NCBI GenBank assembly: GCA_963710375.1
Contig: CAVPZX010000003.1
Span: 224,001-288,000 of the forward strand
Source of the DNA: Nitrospirota bacterium
GTDB lineage: Bacteria > Nitrospirota > Thermodesulfovibrionia > Thermodesulfovibrionales > Dissulfurispiraceae
DNA length: 64,000 nucleotides
Direction: 5' to 3'
Positions within the stretch are counted from its first letter, which is position 1. Each line of letters begins with the position of its first letter. Below, one piece after another: positions 30,615 to 42,302 of this stretch. Below the pieces are notes generated by a model, which was not told the origin of the DNA, searched no databases, and saw nothing but the letters and a program-made list of their open reading frames with translations. The position numbers and the translations under genes were made by a program.

Positions 30615-31369
30615 CAGAAGCAGCCAAGCTCGCAATTCCTGATTTTTATCTTCAATTCATTGGCAGCCTTTCCTATTTCCCGGTAGGGTACTTTTAACTC
30701 TTCAGCGATTCCCCGGGCAGCATTGCAGCTGATTCTGCCATCCACACTCTTTTCCTTCAACAAATGTTTGATCCTGTCAAGGATGCGTTCTTCGATAACT
30801 TCATCCATACACGTTAACAACTCCTGTACCGTTTTTCTGTCTTCAGGGTCAAGATATACCACTCGGGCAGAATAAACATGTTTATCTGAGTCATGCGGCA
30901 TACTGCTTCTTGGAAATACAATAATATCAGCATGTTTAATTAGCCGGAGCGCTGAAGCCTTTTTAATTTCTTCTCCCCGATCACCCAATGTAAATATTAC
31001 TACATCGGGATTTGAAAACTCAATTGCGCTGTTCCCTTCTATGATAATGCCGTCAAGATGGGACAGCCTGTCGATTGCCATGGATACGGTCTCTTTGATC
31101 TCCTCCAGGGGACCCTTGATCCATAACACTTCCTCAGCGCCTGCCTTGAGCAGCCTGCCGGTGTCTTTATCTTTCCGGTCGAGGATGGCCCTGTCATCAA
31201 TGAGTGATGCGTACAAAGCAGTTTTCGTATATTTGATAGCGCCCCATCTGCGGTGTGCGACCGGTTTACGCGACTCCGAACTAAGTTCGGAAAGCAGCAT
31301 CGATGCGATAGTAGTTTTCCCGGCGCCGCTGTGGCTGCCGCCAATGCCGATGATGAGAGGACGCCTCAT
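30614..31369 (-). CDS. MobB-like P-loop protein with a C-terminal Cys-containing domain
   Basis: GGSHSGAGKT, IIIEGNS; C-terminus ISCNAARGIAEEL...IRNCELGCF. Confidence 0.7.
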   Translation of the reverse strand: MRRPLIIGIGGSHSGAGKTTIASMLLSELSSESRKPVAHRRWGAIKYTKTALYASLIDDRAILDRKDKDTGRLLKAGAEEVLWIKGPLEEIKETVSMAIDRLSHLDGIIIEGNSAIEFSNPDVVIFTLGDRGEEIKKASALRLIKHADIIVFPRSSMPHDSDKHVYSARVVYLDPEDRKTVQELLTCMDEVIEERILDRIKHLLKEKSVDGRISCNAARGIAEELKVPYREIGKAANELKIKIRNCELGCF

Positions 31370-33691
31370 TATGCAGCTTCAGTTGAAGTGTCTTCTTTTT
31401 TCTCCTCTTCCAGGTAATCACAGGCCTTGTTTTCGCAGGCGAGGAACACCTCTCCGGCCTTATTACGCTTTTCCGTCAAAAAGGGCGCACCGCATTTGGG
31501 ACACTGCTTAGGCACAGGCTTGAGCCAGAGTGCAAATTTGCAGTTCGGGTAGTTGCTGCAACTCCAGAACGACCTGCCCCTTTTAGATTTCCTTTCAACA
31601 ATATCTCCTCCGTCGAGCGGGCATTTTACCCCGGTTGAGATCGGTTTTGTATTTTTGCATTCCGGATAGCGCGAACATGCCAGGAACTTGCCGAACCTGC
31701 CACGTTTAATGGCCATTGGCGCGCCGCATTTATCACAGGTTTCATCAGTAAGGACAGGTTCCGTTTTCTGTGAGTTGTTATCACCTTCGAGCGGTTTTGT
31801 GTTTTTACACTTCGGATAGCCGGTGCATGCAAGAAAACGCCCGTGCCTGCCCCATTTAATCACCATTGGGGAGCCGCACTTTTCGCACACTTCTTCTGTG
31901 GGTATGTCCTCAGGTTTTACCTTTGCCATGTCTTTTGATGCCTCGGCCAGATCAAGATTAAACGGGGTATAAAAGTCTTTTACCACCTTGACCCATTTGA
32001 GGTTGTCGCTTTCGATCTCATCGAGTTCATTCTCCATTTTTGCAGTAAACCCCATGTCAATCAGCTCAGGGAACTTGTCCACCAGCAGGTCATTGACGAC
32101 TATCCCCAGTTCTGTCGGAAAAAATCTTTTATCTTCGTTTTTCTCCACATATTTCCTGTCCTGGATCGTGGAGAGTATCGCCGCATATGTACTCGGCCTG
32201 CCGATGCCTTTTTCTTCCAGCGTCTTTACAAGGGTGGCTTCAGTATAACGCGGCGGAGGCTGGGTAAAATGCTGAACAGTTTTTATCTCCTTCTGCCTGA
32301 GCGTTTCTTTTTCTTTTAACTTGGGTAGTATTGCTCCTTCTTCATCCTCAATGTCATCTCTGCTTTCCGTATAGAGGGCCATGAAGCCGGGGAACCTTAT
32401 TACTGTGCCTGATGCTCGCAACTCGGTCCCCTTCAGCTCAACTCCCTCTGATCTCAAACCGATTATAAATGTTGTCTGCTCAAGCTGGGCCGGACTCATC
32501 TGGCTTGCGATGAATCTGTTCCATATCAGACTGTAGAGATTAAATTGGTCCTTGCTTAAGAAAGGTTTTACTGTTTCAGGGGTCTTGTCAGGATATGTGG
32601 GCCTGATCGCCTCATGTGCATCTTGCGCAGACCCCTTGCTTTTGTAGTAAGGTGGTTTTTCAGGCACGTACTCATTCCCGAAGTTTTTAATTATGAGCTC
32701 ACGGGCCCATTGCTGGGCTTCGGGCGCGATCCGAAAAGAGTCGGTCCTCATATACGTGATCAATCCTGCCGAGCCCTCTTTGCCCAGCTCAACCCCTTCA
32801 TAGAGCTGCTGGGCCACCATCATTGTTTTCTTCACAGGAAACCTCAGCCGCCGGGAGGCTTCCTGCTGGATCGTGCTTGTGATGAATGGCGGAGCAGGGG
32901 GCCTCTTTCGCAGTTTTTGCTCTATAGAAGAGAGGAAAAGCTCTTTTGATTTAATGTCGTCGGCTATATCCTGCGCCATCGCAGCATCGGTAATCAGAAA
33001 ACGCTTGCCTTCCTGTTCCTCGCGGTTTATGACCAGCGCATCCCTGTATTTATAAAGGCGGGCCATGAAATCCGCGCCCTGACCGTGTTCCGCACAAAGC
33101 AGCGCCTCGATGGTCCAGTATTCTTCCTTGTTAAAAGACTCTATTTCACGCTCTCTGTCTACGACGATTTTTACCGCAACTGACTGCACTCTGCCTGCAC
33201 TTAAACCCCTTCTGACTTTTTTCCAAAGAAAGGGACTTAGTTTATAGCCTACCAGCCTGTCAAGGATTCTCCTGGCCTGTTGTGCTTCTACCTTATGGAT
33301 ATCGATATCGCCCGGATTCTGTATGGCCTCCCTGACAGCTTTAGCGGTTATTTCATGAAAGGTAACACGTTTGACCTTGCCCTTATTGCCGGGAGATTTT
33401 ATATCTTCAGCTATATGCCAGGCAATTGCTTCTCCCTCACGGTCAGGGTCGGTAGCCAGATATATTACATCTGCTTTTTTCGCCTCGCTTTTGAGTCTCT
33501 TTCAATACCTTTTCCTTGCCCGCAATGGTCACGTACTGAGGCAGGAAATTATTTTCCACATCGACCCCCAGCTCTTTTTTAGGCAGGTCTTTAACATGCC
33601 CGACCGAGGCCTTTAACACGAACTCTTTTCCCAGTATCTTATTTATGGTCTTGGCCTTTGCCGGAGACTCAACGATTACAAGAGACCTCAA
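31369..33691 (-). CDS. topA: DNA topoisomerase I (apparent +1 frameshift at about 33496)
   Basis: [46 protein letters not shown]-terminal Zn ribbons. Confidence 0.95.
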
Positions 33692-33703
33692 ATGCGCACC
33701 TCC

Positions 33704-33988
33704 TCAGTTCCAGGTTATGTGTCGTCCACCGCCGAAAACAAACGCATAAACTTCTTCGGTCTCAAGGTCGGTATCTTTCATAAGTATATAGGAAAGAAGG
33801 GCCCTGATGGTGTCAAGTTCCGTCTCATCGATATATTTTGTGAGTTCAAGAGTTATGAGCTCTTCCTTTACTGTTAAAAAATCTATGTCAAAGGCGCTGA
33901 CCTTTTTCAGCATATCGTCAGCATCGTATCCCTTGTCAATGAGTTCTTTTGCAAGAACTCTCAGCACATCTATCAATCGTTTTGCCAA
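33704..33988 (-). CDS. Small acidic hypothetical protein in the dprA-topA (Smg-like) position
   Basis: AGGAGG RBS; lies between dprA and topA. Confidence 0.6.
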   Translation of the reverse strand: MAKRLIDVLRVLAKELIDKGYDADDMLKKVSAFDIDFLTVKEELITLELTKYIDETELDTIRALLSYILMKDTDLETEEVYAFVFGGGRHITWN

Positions 33989-34012
33989 AAATGTCCTCCT
34001 AGTGCGTCATAC

Positions 34013-35140
34013 TTAAACTATAGAAAAATTGTTACCGGCTGTCTGGCGGACTATTCCCTTCATTTCAAGTCCGAGCAAAAGTCCTGAAAGACGGGCAGCG
34101 GGTATCTTGAGTTCTCTTACAATATGGTCTATATGCTTTGAATCGCTCCCCAAAATATTACATATTGCCTTTTCTTCATCATTTATTTCAAGTCGTGCAG
34201 ATGGGGGCACTGAAAAGTCTTTGACTTTTAACATACCTTTTATCTGCGGCGACAAGTCCTCTATTATGTCTTCAGCACTTTGAACAGGTTTGGCCCCCAT
34301 CTTGATTAAACTATTGGTCCCCCGGGCATTGCCGGACGTGATATTACCGGGAACGGCAAATATCTCCTTGCCTTGCTCCAGTGCGAACCTGGCAGTAATA
34401 AGTGACCCACTCCGCGCTGTTGCCTCCACTACAAGCACTCCGAGGGAAAGCCCGCTTATCAGTCTGTTTCTCCTGGGGAAGTTTTCTCTCAGGGGAGGCG
34501 TCCCCAAAGGGAATTCACTCATCACGCATCCAGACCTGGAAAGGGCCGTCATCAGTTCTTTGTTCTCCGCAGGGTAGCAGACATCGAGACCGCAGCCCAG
34601 CACCGCAATGCTTCTGCCGCCTGCTTTCAGTGCTCCGGAGTGGGAGACGGTATCTATGCCCCGGGCCATGCCGCTGACAATAGTAAGCCCTGCACAAGCT
34701 AGTTCGTATGACAGGTCTGCGGAGATCTTTCTGCCGTAATCGCTCATGTCCCTGGAACCTACCATGGCGAGTGCGAAACGGTCATCCTCTGCAAGGTCTC
34801 CTTTTATATAAAGAATTGCAGGGGCATTGTCCAGATGGCTTAGGGGCTCGGGATATTCTTTATCGAAGAGCGTGATAATTCGTATGTTGTGTTGTTCAGC
34901 TTCTTTTATCTCCCTGTCAATTCTGTCCCACGCCTTAAATTCCTTTATCCTTTTTGCTTTTGATTCGCTTATTTTGCCAACAGAGGACAACTCAGAAAGT
35001 CCTGCGTCAAATACGGCTTCCGGAGTATGGAATGCCGAAAGAAGCCGCCCTGTGGTAACGGGCCCTATGTCCTCAATAAAGGAAAGGGCAAGGAGGAATT
35101 TCAAGTCATTTATATTCTGTGAAGGGATCTTTTTTTTCAT
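34013..35140 (-). CDS. dprA: DNA-processing protein DprA
   Basis: VGSR, IVSGMARGID, FPRRNRLISGLS, SGSLITA; C-terminal wHTH. Confidence 0.95.
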   Translation of the reverse strand: MKKKIPSQNINDLKFLLALSFIEDIGPVTTGRLLSAFHTPEAVFDAGLSELSSVGKISESKAKRIKEFKAWDRIDREIKEAEQHNIRIITLFDKEYPEPLSHLDNAPAILYIKGDLAEDDRFALAMVGSRDMSDYGRKISADLSYELACAGLTIVSGMARGIDTVSHSGALKAGGRSIAVLGCGLDVCYPAENKELMTALSRSGCVMSEFPLGTPPLRENFPRRNRLISGLSLGVLVVEATARSGSLITARFALEQGKEIFAVPGNITSGNARGTNSLIKMGAKPVQSAEDIIEDLSPQIKGMLKVKDFSVPPSARLEINDEEKAICNILGSDSKHIDHIVRELKIPAARLSGLLLGLEMKGIVRQTAGNNFSIV

Positions 35141-35156
35141 ATTGTCTGTAAGACAG

Positions 35157-36359
35157 CTATTTGTTTGAAGGCGCTGCTTTTAACCTTAGTGCGTTGAGTT
35201 TGATGAACCCTTCGGCATTTTTCTGATTATATACCTTTTCCGCCTCGAACGTTGCAAGTTCCGGGTTGTAAAGCGAATAGGGGGATTTTCTGCCGGCAAC
35301 CATACAATTCCCTTTATATAATTTAAGCCGGACCGTACCGGTGACATTTTTCTGTATACCGTCCATCAGCGTCTGCAATGCCTCCCTTTCGGGCGCAAAC
35401 CAGTAACCGTAATAAACAAGCTCTGCATATTTAGGAATCAACGAGTCCCTCATATGCAGTACCTCTCTGTCAAGCGTTATTGATTCCAGCGCCCTGTGGG
35501 CAGTGTGGAGGACGGTCCCGGCAGGAGTTTCGTAAACGCCTCTGGATTTTATGCCTACATACCTGTTCTCTACTATGTCTATTCTCCCAATGCCGTTTTC
35601 ACCCGCTATAGTATTGAGCTTTTCAAAAAGGGCAACCGGAGACATAGTCCTGCCGTCAATGCCTGCAGGATCACCTTCCTTATAGTCGATCTCAATATAG
35701 CGCGGCGTGTCGGGCGCCTTTTCAGGAGACACCATCATGGTATACATATCTTCAGCGGGTTCTGCCCAGGGGTCTTCCAGTATGCCGCCTTCATAACTGA
35801 TATGAAAGATGTTCCTGTCGGTGCTGTACGGTTTCTCTTTTGTGACAGGCACCGGAATTCCATGACTCGCAGCGTACTCCATGAGCGACTGCCGTGAGTT
35901 GAATGACCATTCGCGCCACGGTGCGATGACAGTTATATCGGGTTTGAGTGCGTAATAAGTAAGCTCAAACCGGACCTGATCATTTCCTTTGCCGGTTGCA
36001 CCGTGAGCTACGGCATCCGCCTTCTCTTTCAGCGCTACAGCCATTTGTTTTTTCGCTATCAAAGGACGCGCAATTGAGGTGCCGAGCAGGTACGTGCCTT
36101 CATAGATAGCATTTGCGCGAAGCATGGGGAAAATATACTCACGCACGAATTCCTCCCGCAGGTCTTCAACATATGCCTTGACAGCACCGGTTTTAAGCGC
36201 TTTTTCGTGGACGGCTTTCAGATCTTCACCCTGGCCAAGGTCTGCACAGAAAGCAATGACCTCGGCCTTGTAGGTTTCGATCAGCCACTTTATTGCGATA
36301 GAAGTATCAAGACCTCCGGAATAAGCAAGCACAACCTTTTTAACCATTTTGTTCTCCAT
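35157..36359 (-). CDS. argG: Argininosuccinate synthase
   Basis: [33 protein letters not shown]. Confidence 0.97.
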   Translation of the reverse strand: MENKMVKKVVLAYSGGLDTSIAIKWLIETYKAEVIAFCADLGQGEDLKAVHEKALKTGAVKAYVEDLREEFVREYIFPMLRANAIYEGTYLLGTSIARPLIAKKQMAVALKEKADAVAHGATGKGNDQVRFELTYYALKPDITVIAPWREWSFNSRQSLMEYAASHGIPVPVTKEKPYSTDRNIFHISYEGGILEDPWAEPAEDMYTMMVSPEKAPDTPRYIEIDYKEGDPAGIDGRTMSPVALFEKLNTIAGENGIGRIDIVENRYVGIKSRGVYETPAGTVLHTAHRALESITLDREVLHMRDSLIPKYAELVYYGYWFAPEREALQTLMDGIQKNVTGTVRLKLYKGNCMVAGRKSPYSLYNPELATFEAEKVYNQKNAEGFIKLNALRLKAAPSNK

Positions 36360-36479
36360 TCATTTTAAGTTTGCAGTTCTTGTGTCAAGTTCTAAGGATT
36401 CATACACCTTATCATAAAAAAGAATTTTTTGTGAAGTCGGACTTTTGCCTTTAGCCTTTTGCCTGTATTATAATTTGTT

Positions 36480-37322
36480 ATGGAAACGATACGCATGCCA
36501 CGCATAATGCAGGAAACTTCAAAAAGACATCTTTGCAAGGGAAAAACAATTGGTTTTGTTCCGACAATGGGCGCTTTGCATGAGGGACATATGGGCCTTA
36601 TAAAGAGGGCCAAAAGCGAGAATGATATTGTAGTAGTCAGTATTTTTGTCAATCCCTTGCAGTTCGGAGCCGGAGAAGATTTGGGCAGGTATCCAAGGGA
36701 CATCGACAATGATAGGGAGAAATTGCGGTCATCGGAAGCAGATATTCTATTTGTCCCTGAGGATAAAATCTTCTACCCGGATGGGTTCGCTTCTCATGTT
36801 ACAGTAGAAGGTATTTCAGGCCGGCTTTGCGGGGCTTTCAGACCCGGTCATTTCTCCGGTGTGGTTACTGTGGTTTGTAAGTTATTCAATATTGTAAAAC
36901 CGACGAGGGCATATTTTGGGCAGAAGGACTTCCAGCAGACTGTTGTTGTCAATAGGTTGGTAGAGGACCTGAGTATGGATATTGAAGTAGTAACATGCCC
37001 GACTGCGCGTGAGAGTGACGGTCTTGCCATGAGTTCGAGAAACACATACCTGAGTGCCGACGAACGAGCGGCAGCGACTGTTTTGTACAAGGCCCTGATG
37101 TTTTCTTCAAAGATGATTAAAACCGGCGCTAGCGGGCCGGAAGAGGTGAAGAACAAACTTACAGCAATGCTCAGGGCAGAACCGCTTGTTTGCGATATTC
37201 AATACGCGGGCGTCTATGATCCAGAGACCCTTGTCGAACTCAATGAGTTCAAGCAGCGGAACCTCGTGGCTGCGGCGATCAATATCGGCGGTACCCGGCT
37301 GATTGATAATGTGCTAGCTTAA
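36480..37322 (+). CDS. panC: Pantoate-beta-alanine ligase
   Basis: FVPTMGALHEGH, RPGHF, FGQKDFQQ, DGLAMSSRN, RLIDN. Confidence 0.96.
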   Translation: METIRMPRIMQETSKRHLCKGKTIGFVPTMGALHEGHMGLIKRAKSENDIVVVSIFVNPLQFGAGEDLGRYPRDIDNDREKLRSSEADILFVPEDKIFYPDGFASHVTVEGISGRLCGAFRPGHFSGVVTVVCKLFNIVKPTRAYFGQKDFQQTVVVNRLVEDLSMDIEVVTCPTARESDGLAMSSRNTYLSADERAAATVLYKALMFSSKMIKTGASGPEEVKNKLTAMLRAEPLVCDIQYAGVYDPETLVELNEFKQRNLVAAAINIGGTRLIDNVLA

Positions 37323-37432
37323 AGCAGGCTAAGGTTAAGGTTTAGGTTAAGATAAAAGAAAAACCAAAAAATAACTTCTTATTTTTAAGCTTTATCTCTG
37401 TCTTAACCTTAGCCTTAACCTTTACCTGCTTT
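37321..37432. repeat. Palindrome of tandem hexamers (TAAGGT) between convergent panC and glgC
   Basis: AAAGCAGGCTAAGGTTAAGGTTTAGGTTAAGA ... TCTTAACCTTAGCCTTAACCTTTACCTGCTTT. Confidence 0.78.
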
Positions 37433-37434
37433 TT

Positions 37435-38658
37435 TTACATCGATGTTTTTACTACTTTAGGGATTACCACAATACCGCCGGGACTTACATGAAACCTTTT
37501 CCTGTCCTCCTCGATGTCATACCCTATCACTGTGTCCGAGGGTATGTATACTTCCTTGTCGATAATTGCCCTGCGGATTTTCGCGTGTCTCCCGATCTCG
37601 ACATTCTCCATCAGAATAGATTCTTCTACATGGGCCCAGCTGTTTACTCTTACATTCGGCGATAGAATGGAATTCTGGACCCTCCCCCCGCTTATTATAC
37701 AGCCGTCGCAGACTGTGGAATCAAGCGCGATGCCCAGTCTCCCCCCTTTATATTCCTGGGCGAAGACGAACTTTGCGGGAGGCCCCTGCACTTTGCGCGT
37801 ACGAATAGGCCAGCTATTGTCATAAAGGTTTAACAGAGGGTCAACCGAACAGAGATCCATGTTGGCCTCCCAATATGCGTCAAGCGTTCCGACATCACGC
37901 CAGTATTTGGCCGCCTTTTTGTTTTCATCTTTAAAATTGTATGCGAAGAGCCGTCCTTTTTTAAGCAGGTCCGGGATGATATCTCTGCCAAAATCATGCG
38001 CAGTCAACATAGCAGCATCCTTTTTAAGTTCTTCGATAATCATATCGGTGTTGAAGAAGTAAACGCCCATGGATGCTACGCACCGGTCCTTATTGTGCGG
38101 AATTGTCTTGGGTTTCTCAGGCTTTTCTTCAAAGCCGATTATTTGCCAGTCATCGTCAACCTCCATTACGCCCAGGGAGGATGCCATCTTCTTATCTACC
38201 TCTATCGCCGCAACCGTACCGATTGCACCCTTTTCCTTGTGGAAGGCCAACATTTCCGAGTAGTCCATCTTATAGATATGGTCTCCTGAAAGGATGATGA
38301 GATAGGGAGGCGCCTCCTTTTCGATAAAATATATGTTTTGATATACAGCATCGGCGGTACCCGCGTACCACTGCTCGCTGACCCGTTGCTGGGGAGGGAT
38401 GGAGATGAAGAATTCGTTTAACTCGGGATTAAAGAGAGTGGCCCAACCGAGGGCAAGGTGACGGTCCAGCGAGAGCGATTTGTATTGCGTGATGACAGCC
38501 ATCTTTCTGATATTGGAATTGAGACAGTTGCTCAATGTGAAATCGATTATGCGGTATTTGCCTCCGAAAGGGACTGCGGGCTTTGCACGGTGGATGGTCA
38601 GGGGATGCAGGCGCTCTCCTTTGCCGCCTGCCAGGATAATTGCCAGCACATCCTTCAT
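37435..38658 (-). CDS. glgC: Glucose-1-phosphate adenylyltransferase
   Basis: [47 protein letters not shown]. Confidence 0.96.
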   Translation of the reverse strand: MKDVLAIILAGGKGERLHPLTIHRAKPAVPFGGKYRIIDFTLSNCLNSNIRKMAVITQYKSLSLDRHLALGWATLFNPELNEFFISIPPQQRVSEQWYAGTADAVYQNIYFIEKEAPPYLIILSGDHIYKMDYSEMLAFHKEKGAIGTVAAIEVDKKMASSLGVMEVDDDWQIIGFEEKPEKPKTIPHNKDRCVASMGVYFFNTDMIIEELKKDAAMLTAHDFGRDIIPDLLKKGRLFAYNFKDENKKAAKYWRDVGTLDAYWEANMDLCSVDPLLNLYDNSWPIRTRKVQGPPAKFVFAQEYKGGRLGIALDSTVCDGCIISGGRVQNSILSPNVRVNSWAHVEESILMENVEIGRHAKIRRAIIDKEVYIPSDTVIGYDIEEDRKRFHVSPGGIVVIPKVVKTSM

Positions 38659-38745
38659 CTCGCTGTCTCTTATAACCGACTGCATGAAGAAATGTTATCA
38701 GTGCCAGGCGCAAGTGTCAAGTGTTCTGTGTGTTATAATTTTAGT

Positions 38746-40077
38746 ATGAGTGACAATAAAAAGGCTGTTTTTTGGGGGCTTCTGCTTTTTCTTTTTCCAT
38801 TCCTTTTATGGATTGTTGGTTACGCGTCCCGCATTTCCGCTGGAACTGAAGGCGCAGGGACACCTGCTAAAAAAGTGCTTTTAATTACTGTGAACGGTAT
38901 TATCAATCCCGTTGCTTCAGAGTATATCGGGGGAGCCGTCAAGCAGGCATCGGATATGAAAGCAGAGGCGCTGATTATTGAGCTTGATACGCCGGGAGGC
39001 CTCGACAGTTCGATGCGCAGCATTGTGAGGGATATCTTGGGTTCTGCTGTGCCTGTTGTTGTCTATGTTGCGCCGAGCGGTGCGCGCGCGGGATCGGCGG
39101 GAGTTTTTATTACGCTGGCAGCCCACATCGCTGCCATGGCACCCGGGACAAATATCGGGGCGGCTCACCCTGTTCAGATGGGAGAGAAGATGGAGAAGGT
39201 CATGTCGGAAAAAGTGACCAATGACGCTGCCGCCTTCATAAGAACGATTGCAGCCCAGCGGGGGAGGAATGCGAGCTGGGCTGAAGATGCGGTTCGGAAG
39301 AGTGTTTCAATTACGGAAACCGAGGCTTTGAATCTTGGGGTAATTGATCTGGTTGCAAAGGATGTTGCGGCCTTGCTTTCAGAAATTGACGGCAGAAAAG
39401 TAACAACTGTTACCGGAGAACACGTGCTGAAGACAGCCGGAGCCAAAATTGTCGAGCGCCAAATGAACTTGAGGAATAAGATATTGGACCTGATCAGCAA
39501 CCCCAATGTGGCCTATATACTGATGCTCCTCGGTTTTTACGGCCTTTTCTTTGAATTCACGAATCCGGGTGCGATCTTCCCGGGAGTAATGGGTGGAATT
39601 TGTCTTATCCTCGGATTTTATGCTCTGCAGACTTTGCCGGTGAATTATGCCGGATTGATGCTTATTATTATGGGCATTGTTCTTTTCATCCTTGAAGTGA
39701 AAATCATATCTCACGGCATTCTTACTATCGGCGGCGTAATGGCGCTTGTCTTCGGATCGCTCATGCTTTTCGAATCTTCATCGCCATTGTTCAAACTCTC
39801 AATTGCCGTCATAGTTCCGGTTGTTCTTGTCACAACCCTCTTGTTTGTATTAACGGTCAGGCTTGCCTACAAGGCATTCAGAAAAAGGCCGCTTACCGGT
39901 GCTGAGAGTCTTATCGGTCTCGAAGGTACGGCGTGGTCCGATATTACGCCTCAAGGGGGTACCGTTCGTGTTCATGGCGAATTGTGGTCTGGCTGGTCTG
40001 AAGAGCATGTTCCGAAAGGCAGCGCTGTTGTCGTCGAAGCGGTACATGGACTTAAAATAAAGGTCAGAAGAGGGTAG
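38746..40077 (+). CDS. NfeD-family membrane-bound serine protease
   Basis: [24 protein letters not shown] region; C-terminal VRVHGELW domain. Confidence 0.9.
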   Translation: MSDNKKAVFWGLLLFLFPFLLWIVGYASRISAGTEGAGTPAKKVLLITVNGIINPVASEYIGGAVKQASDMKAEALIIELDTPGGLDSSMRSIVRDILGSAVPVVVYVAPSGARAGSAGVFITLAAHIAAMAPGTNIGAAHPVQMGEKMEKVMSEKVTNDAAAFIRTIAAQRGRNASWAEDAVRKSVSITETEALNLGVIDLVAKDVAALLSEIDGRKVTTVTGEHVLKTAGAKIVERQMNLRNKILDLISNPNVAYILMLLGFYGLFFEFTNPGAIFPGVMGGICLILGFYALQTLPVNYAGLMLIIMGIVLFILEVKIISHGILTIGGVMALVFGSLMLFESSSPLFKLSIAVIVPVVLVTTLLFVLTVRLAYKAFRKRPLTGAESLIGLEGTAWSDITPQGGTVRVHGELWSGWSEEHVPKGSAVVVEAVHGLKIKVRRG

Positions 40078-40152
40078 CGGGTCAGTCTGACCCACTACCC
40101 GGCGGTTCTTCCTTGAAAAAATAGTTAAACCTTCCTTACAATAGACGTCAGT

Positions 40153-41115
40153 ATGAAAGCCCTTGTCACCGGTGCAACAGGTTTTATCGGGAGCCACCTT
40201 ACCAATGCTCTCATAAGCAAAGGTTTTAGTGTCACCTGCCTGGTAAGGAACACGTCGGATGTAAGCTATATTGAAGACCTGAATGTCAGACTGGTGAAGG
40301 GCGATTGTACCCATAAGGAGTCTTTATATGAGGCTGTGGCCGGGGTTGATTATGTCTTCCATCTTGCGGGATTGACAAAGGCGTGTTCCGAAGCGGCTTT
40401 TGTAGAAGCAAATGTAAAAGGCACCGAGAACATCCTGCAGGCTGTGCTCGAAAACAATAGCGGCATCAAGCGCTTTGTTTATATGAGCAGTCTTGCGGCC
40501 GCTGGTCCGAGCAGCGATGGGGTCCCGCTGAAAGAGGATTGTTCTACGGCCCCTGTTTCACTCTACGGGAAATCCAAGCTGGCTGGGGAGCAATTTGTCC
40601 TGAAGCACAGGAACGATGTACCTGTTGTTGTCATCAGGCCTCCTGCCGTATACGGACCGCGGGACAAAGACTTGCTTGTTTTTTTCAAGATGGTAAAGGC
40701 GGGCCTTGCGCCCATGTGGGGTAGCAGCCATTATTCTTTTATATATATTGAAGACTTGATACATGGTATACTACTCTCTGCACTTGACCAAAATGCCGGG
40801 GGGGAGATTTTTTTTATGTCTGACGGCGTCATTTACTCCTCTGATGATATTATTAATGCAGTAGCCGATGCGGTCCAGAAGCGGCCTGTAAAATTCAAAA
40901 TCCCGCGATTTGCCATGTCTGTCGCAGGGTTGATTTCAGAACGGTATGGCAAGTCGTCAATTATTAATGCCGACAAGATACGGGAACTCAGGTATTCAGA
41001 CTGGATATGCGACATGTCAAAAGCAGCAGAGAGGCTGAAATTTAAGCCTCAGGTAAAAATCAAGGAAGGAGCAAGGTGGACATTTGATTGGTACAGGATC
41101 CATCAGTGGCTATGA
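40153..41115 (+). CDS. NAD-dependent epimerase/dehydrogenase (extended SDR), candidate ceramide or 3-keto reductase
   Basis: TGATGFIG, HLAG, YGKSK, VYGPRD; overlaps the next gene's start (ATGA). Confidence 0.85.
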   Translation: MKALVTGATGFIGSHLTNALISKGFSVTCLVRNTSDVSYIEDLNVRLVKGDCTHKESLYEAVAGVDYVFHLAGLTKACSEAAFVEANVKGTENILQAVLENNSGIKRFVYMSSLAAAGPSSDGVPLKEDCSTAPVSLYGKSKLAGEQFVLKHRNDVPVVVIRPPAVYGPRDKDLLVFFKMVKAGLAPMWGSSHYSFIYIEDLIHGILLSALDQNAGGEIFFMSDGVIYSSDDIINAVADAVQKRPVKFKIPRFAMSVAGLISERYGKSSIINADKIRELRYSDWICDMSKAAERLKFKPQVKIKEGARWTFDWYRIHQWL

Positions 41116-42302
41116 CCGAAACAGTCGATATATTTGAAAAGTGTTTTAAGTTTACACAAGCAAAGGAACTGCAGCATGCCGGGCTCTATCCGTTTTTCAG
41201 GATTATCGAGAGCGCGCAGGACCCCGAAGTTATTTTGAATGGACGGAAGATGATAATGGTGGGCTCGAATAATTACCTTGGCCTTACAAATCATCCGAAA
41301 GTAAAAGAAGCGGCGATAGAGGCGATAAAGAAATACGGGACAGGATGCGCCGGTTCCCGTTTTCTCAACGGAACATTGGATATTCATGTAAAGCTGGAGG
41401 AAAAGCTTGCCAGGTTTATGAGGAAGGAGTCGGCGCTTGTTTTTTCTACCGGATTTCAGGTGAACCTCGGAGTAATATCGGCTCTGGTGGGCAAGGATGA
41501 TGTGGTAATTATAGATAAGATGGACCATGCCAGTATCGTCAACGGCTGCAAATTATCGTATGGTGAGGTCAGGCGGTTCAAACACAATGATATGTCGGAT
41601 CTCGATAGAGTATTTTCCGACAATAACGGACGGGGTAAGATGCTGGTCGTTGATGGAGTGTTCAGCATGGAGGGAGATATTGCAGACCTGCCTGAAGTAG
41701 TGCGGATAGCACGTAAATACGGCGCCCGTGTTATGGTGGATGACGCTCACGGAATCGGAGTTCTCGGGAAGACCGGACGCGGGACTGTAGAACACTTCGG
41801 CATGGAAAAAGATGTGGATCTTATTATGGGCACTTACAGCAAGTCGCTCGCTTCCATCGGAGGTTTTATTGCCGGCGACGAGGATGTCGTGCAATATATC
41901 AAGCATTTCGGACGTTCATTGATTTTCAGTGCCAGTCCGCCGCCCGCCTCTGTAGCAGCGGTGAGTGCTGCCATCGACATTATAGAGAGCGAACCCGAGA
42001 GGCGAGCGAGACTATGGAAAAATACCCATACGATGATGCAGGGTTTTACAGAGCTCGGGTTTCAGACCGGACCCAGTCAGACGCCTGTGATACCAATCAT
42101 AGTCGGAGAGGACGAAACAGCTTTCCGCGCCGTGATTATGCTTCAGGAGGAAGGTGTGTTTGCCAATGTCGCTGTCTCTCCAGCAGTGCCGCAGGGGAAG
42201 GCGCTTATCAGGACAAGCTATATGGCTACGCATACGGATGAGCAACTTTCGCGCGTACTCGAAGCCTTTAAGAAAGTAGGTAAGTCATTGGGGCTTATAT
42301 AA
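41112..42302 (+). CDS. PLP-dependent alpha-oxoamine synthase, probably serine palmitoyltransferase
   Basis: GSNNYLGL, GTGCAGSRFLNGTLDIH, DHASI, DDAHG, GTYSKSL. The GSRFLNGT form matches bacterial SPT as I recall it, better than BioF (GSRL.SG). Confidence 0.8.
   Translation: MTETVDIFEKCFKFTQAKELQHAGLYPFFRIIESAQDPEVILNGRKMIMVGSNNYLGLTNHPKVKEAAIEAIKKYGTGCAGSRFLNGTLDIHVKLEEKLARFMRKESALVFSTGFQVNLGVISALVGKDDVVIIDKMDHASIVNGCKLSYGEVRRFKHNDMSDLDRVFSDNNGRGKMLVVDGVFSMEGDIADLPEVVRIARKYGARVMVDDAHGIGVLGKTGRGTVEHFGMEKDVDLIMGTYSKSLASIGGFIAGDEDVVQYIKHFGRSLIFSASPPPASVAAVSAAIDIIESEPERRARLWKNTHTMMQGFTELGFQTGPSQTPVIPIIVGEDETAFRAVIMLQEEGVFANVAVSPAVPQGKALIRTSYMATHTDEQLSRVLEAFKKVGKSLGLI

Noticed and set aside
38746..40077. 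nfeD lacking an adjacent stomatin-like gene
   Set aside because: True in this window, but the partner may be encoded elsewhere; nothing further supports a novel role.
41112..42302. Annotation as bioF or kbl
   Set aside because: No bio or tdh neighbours; motifs and partner genes fit SPT better, though this is not proven.
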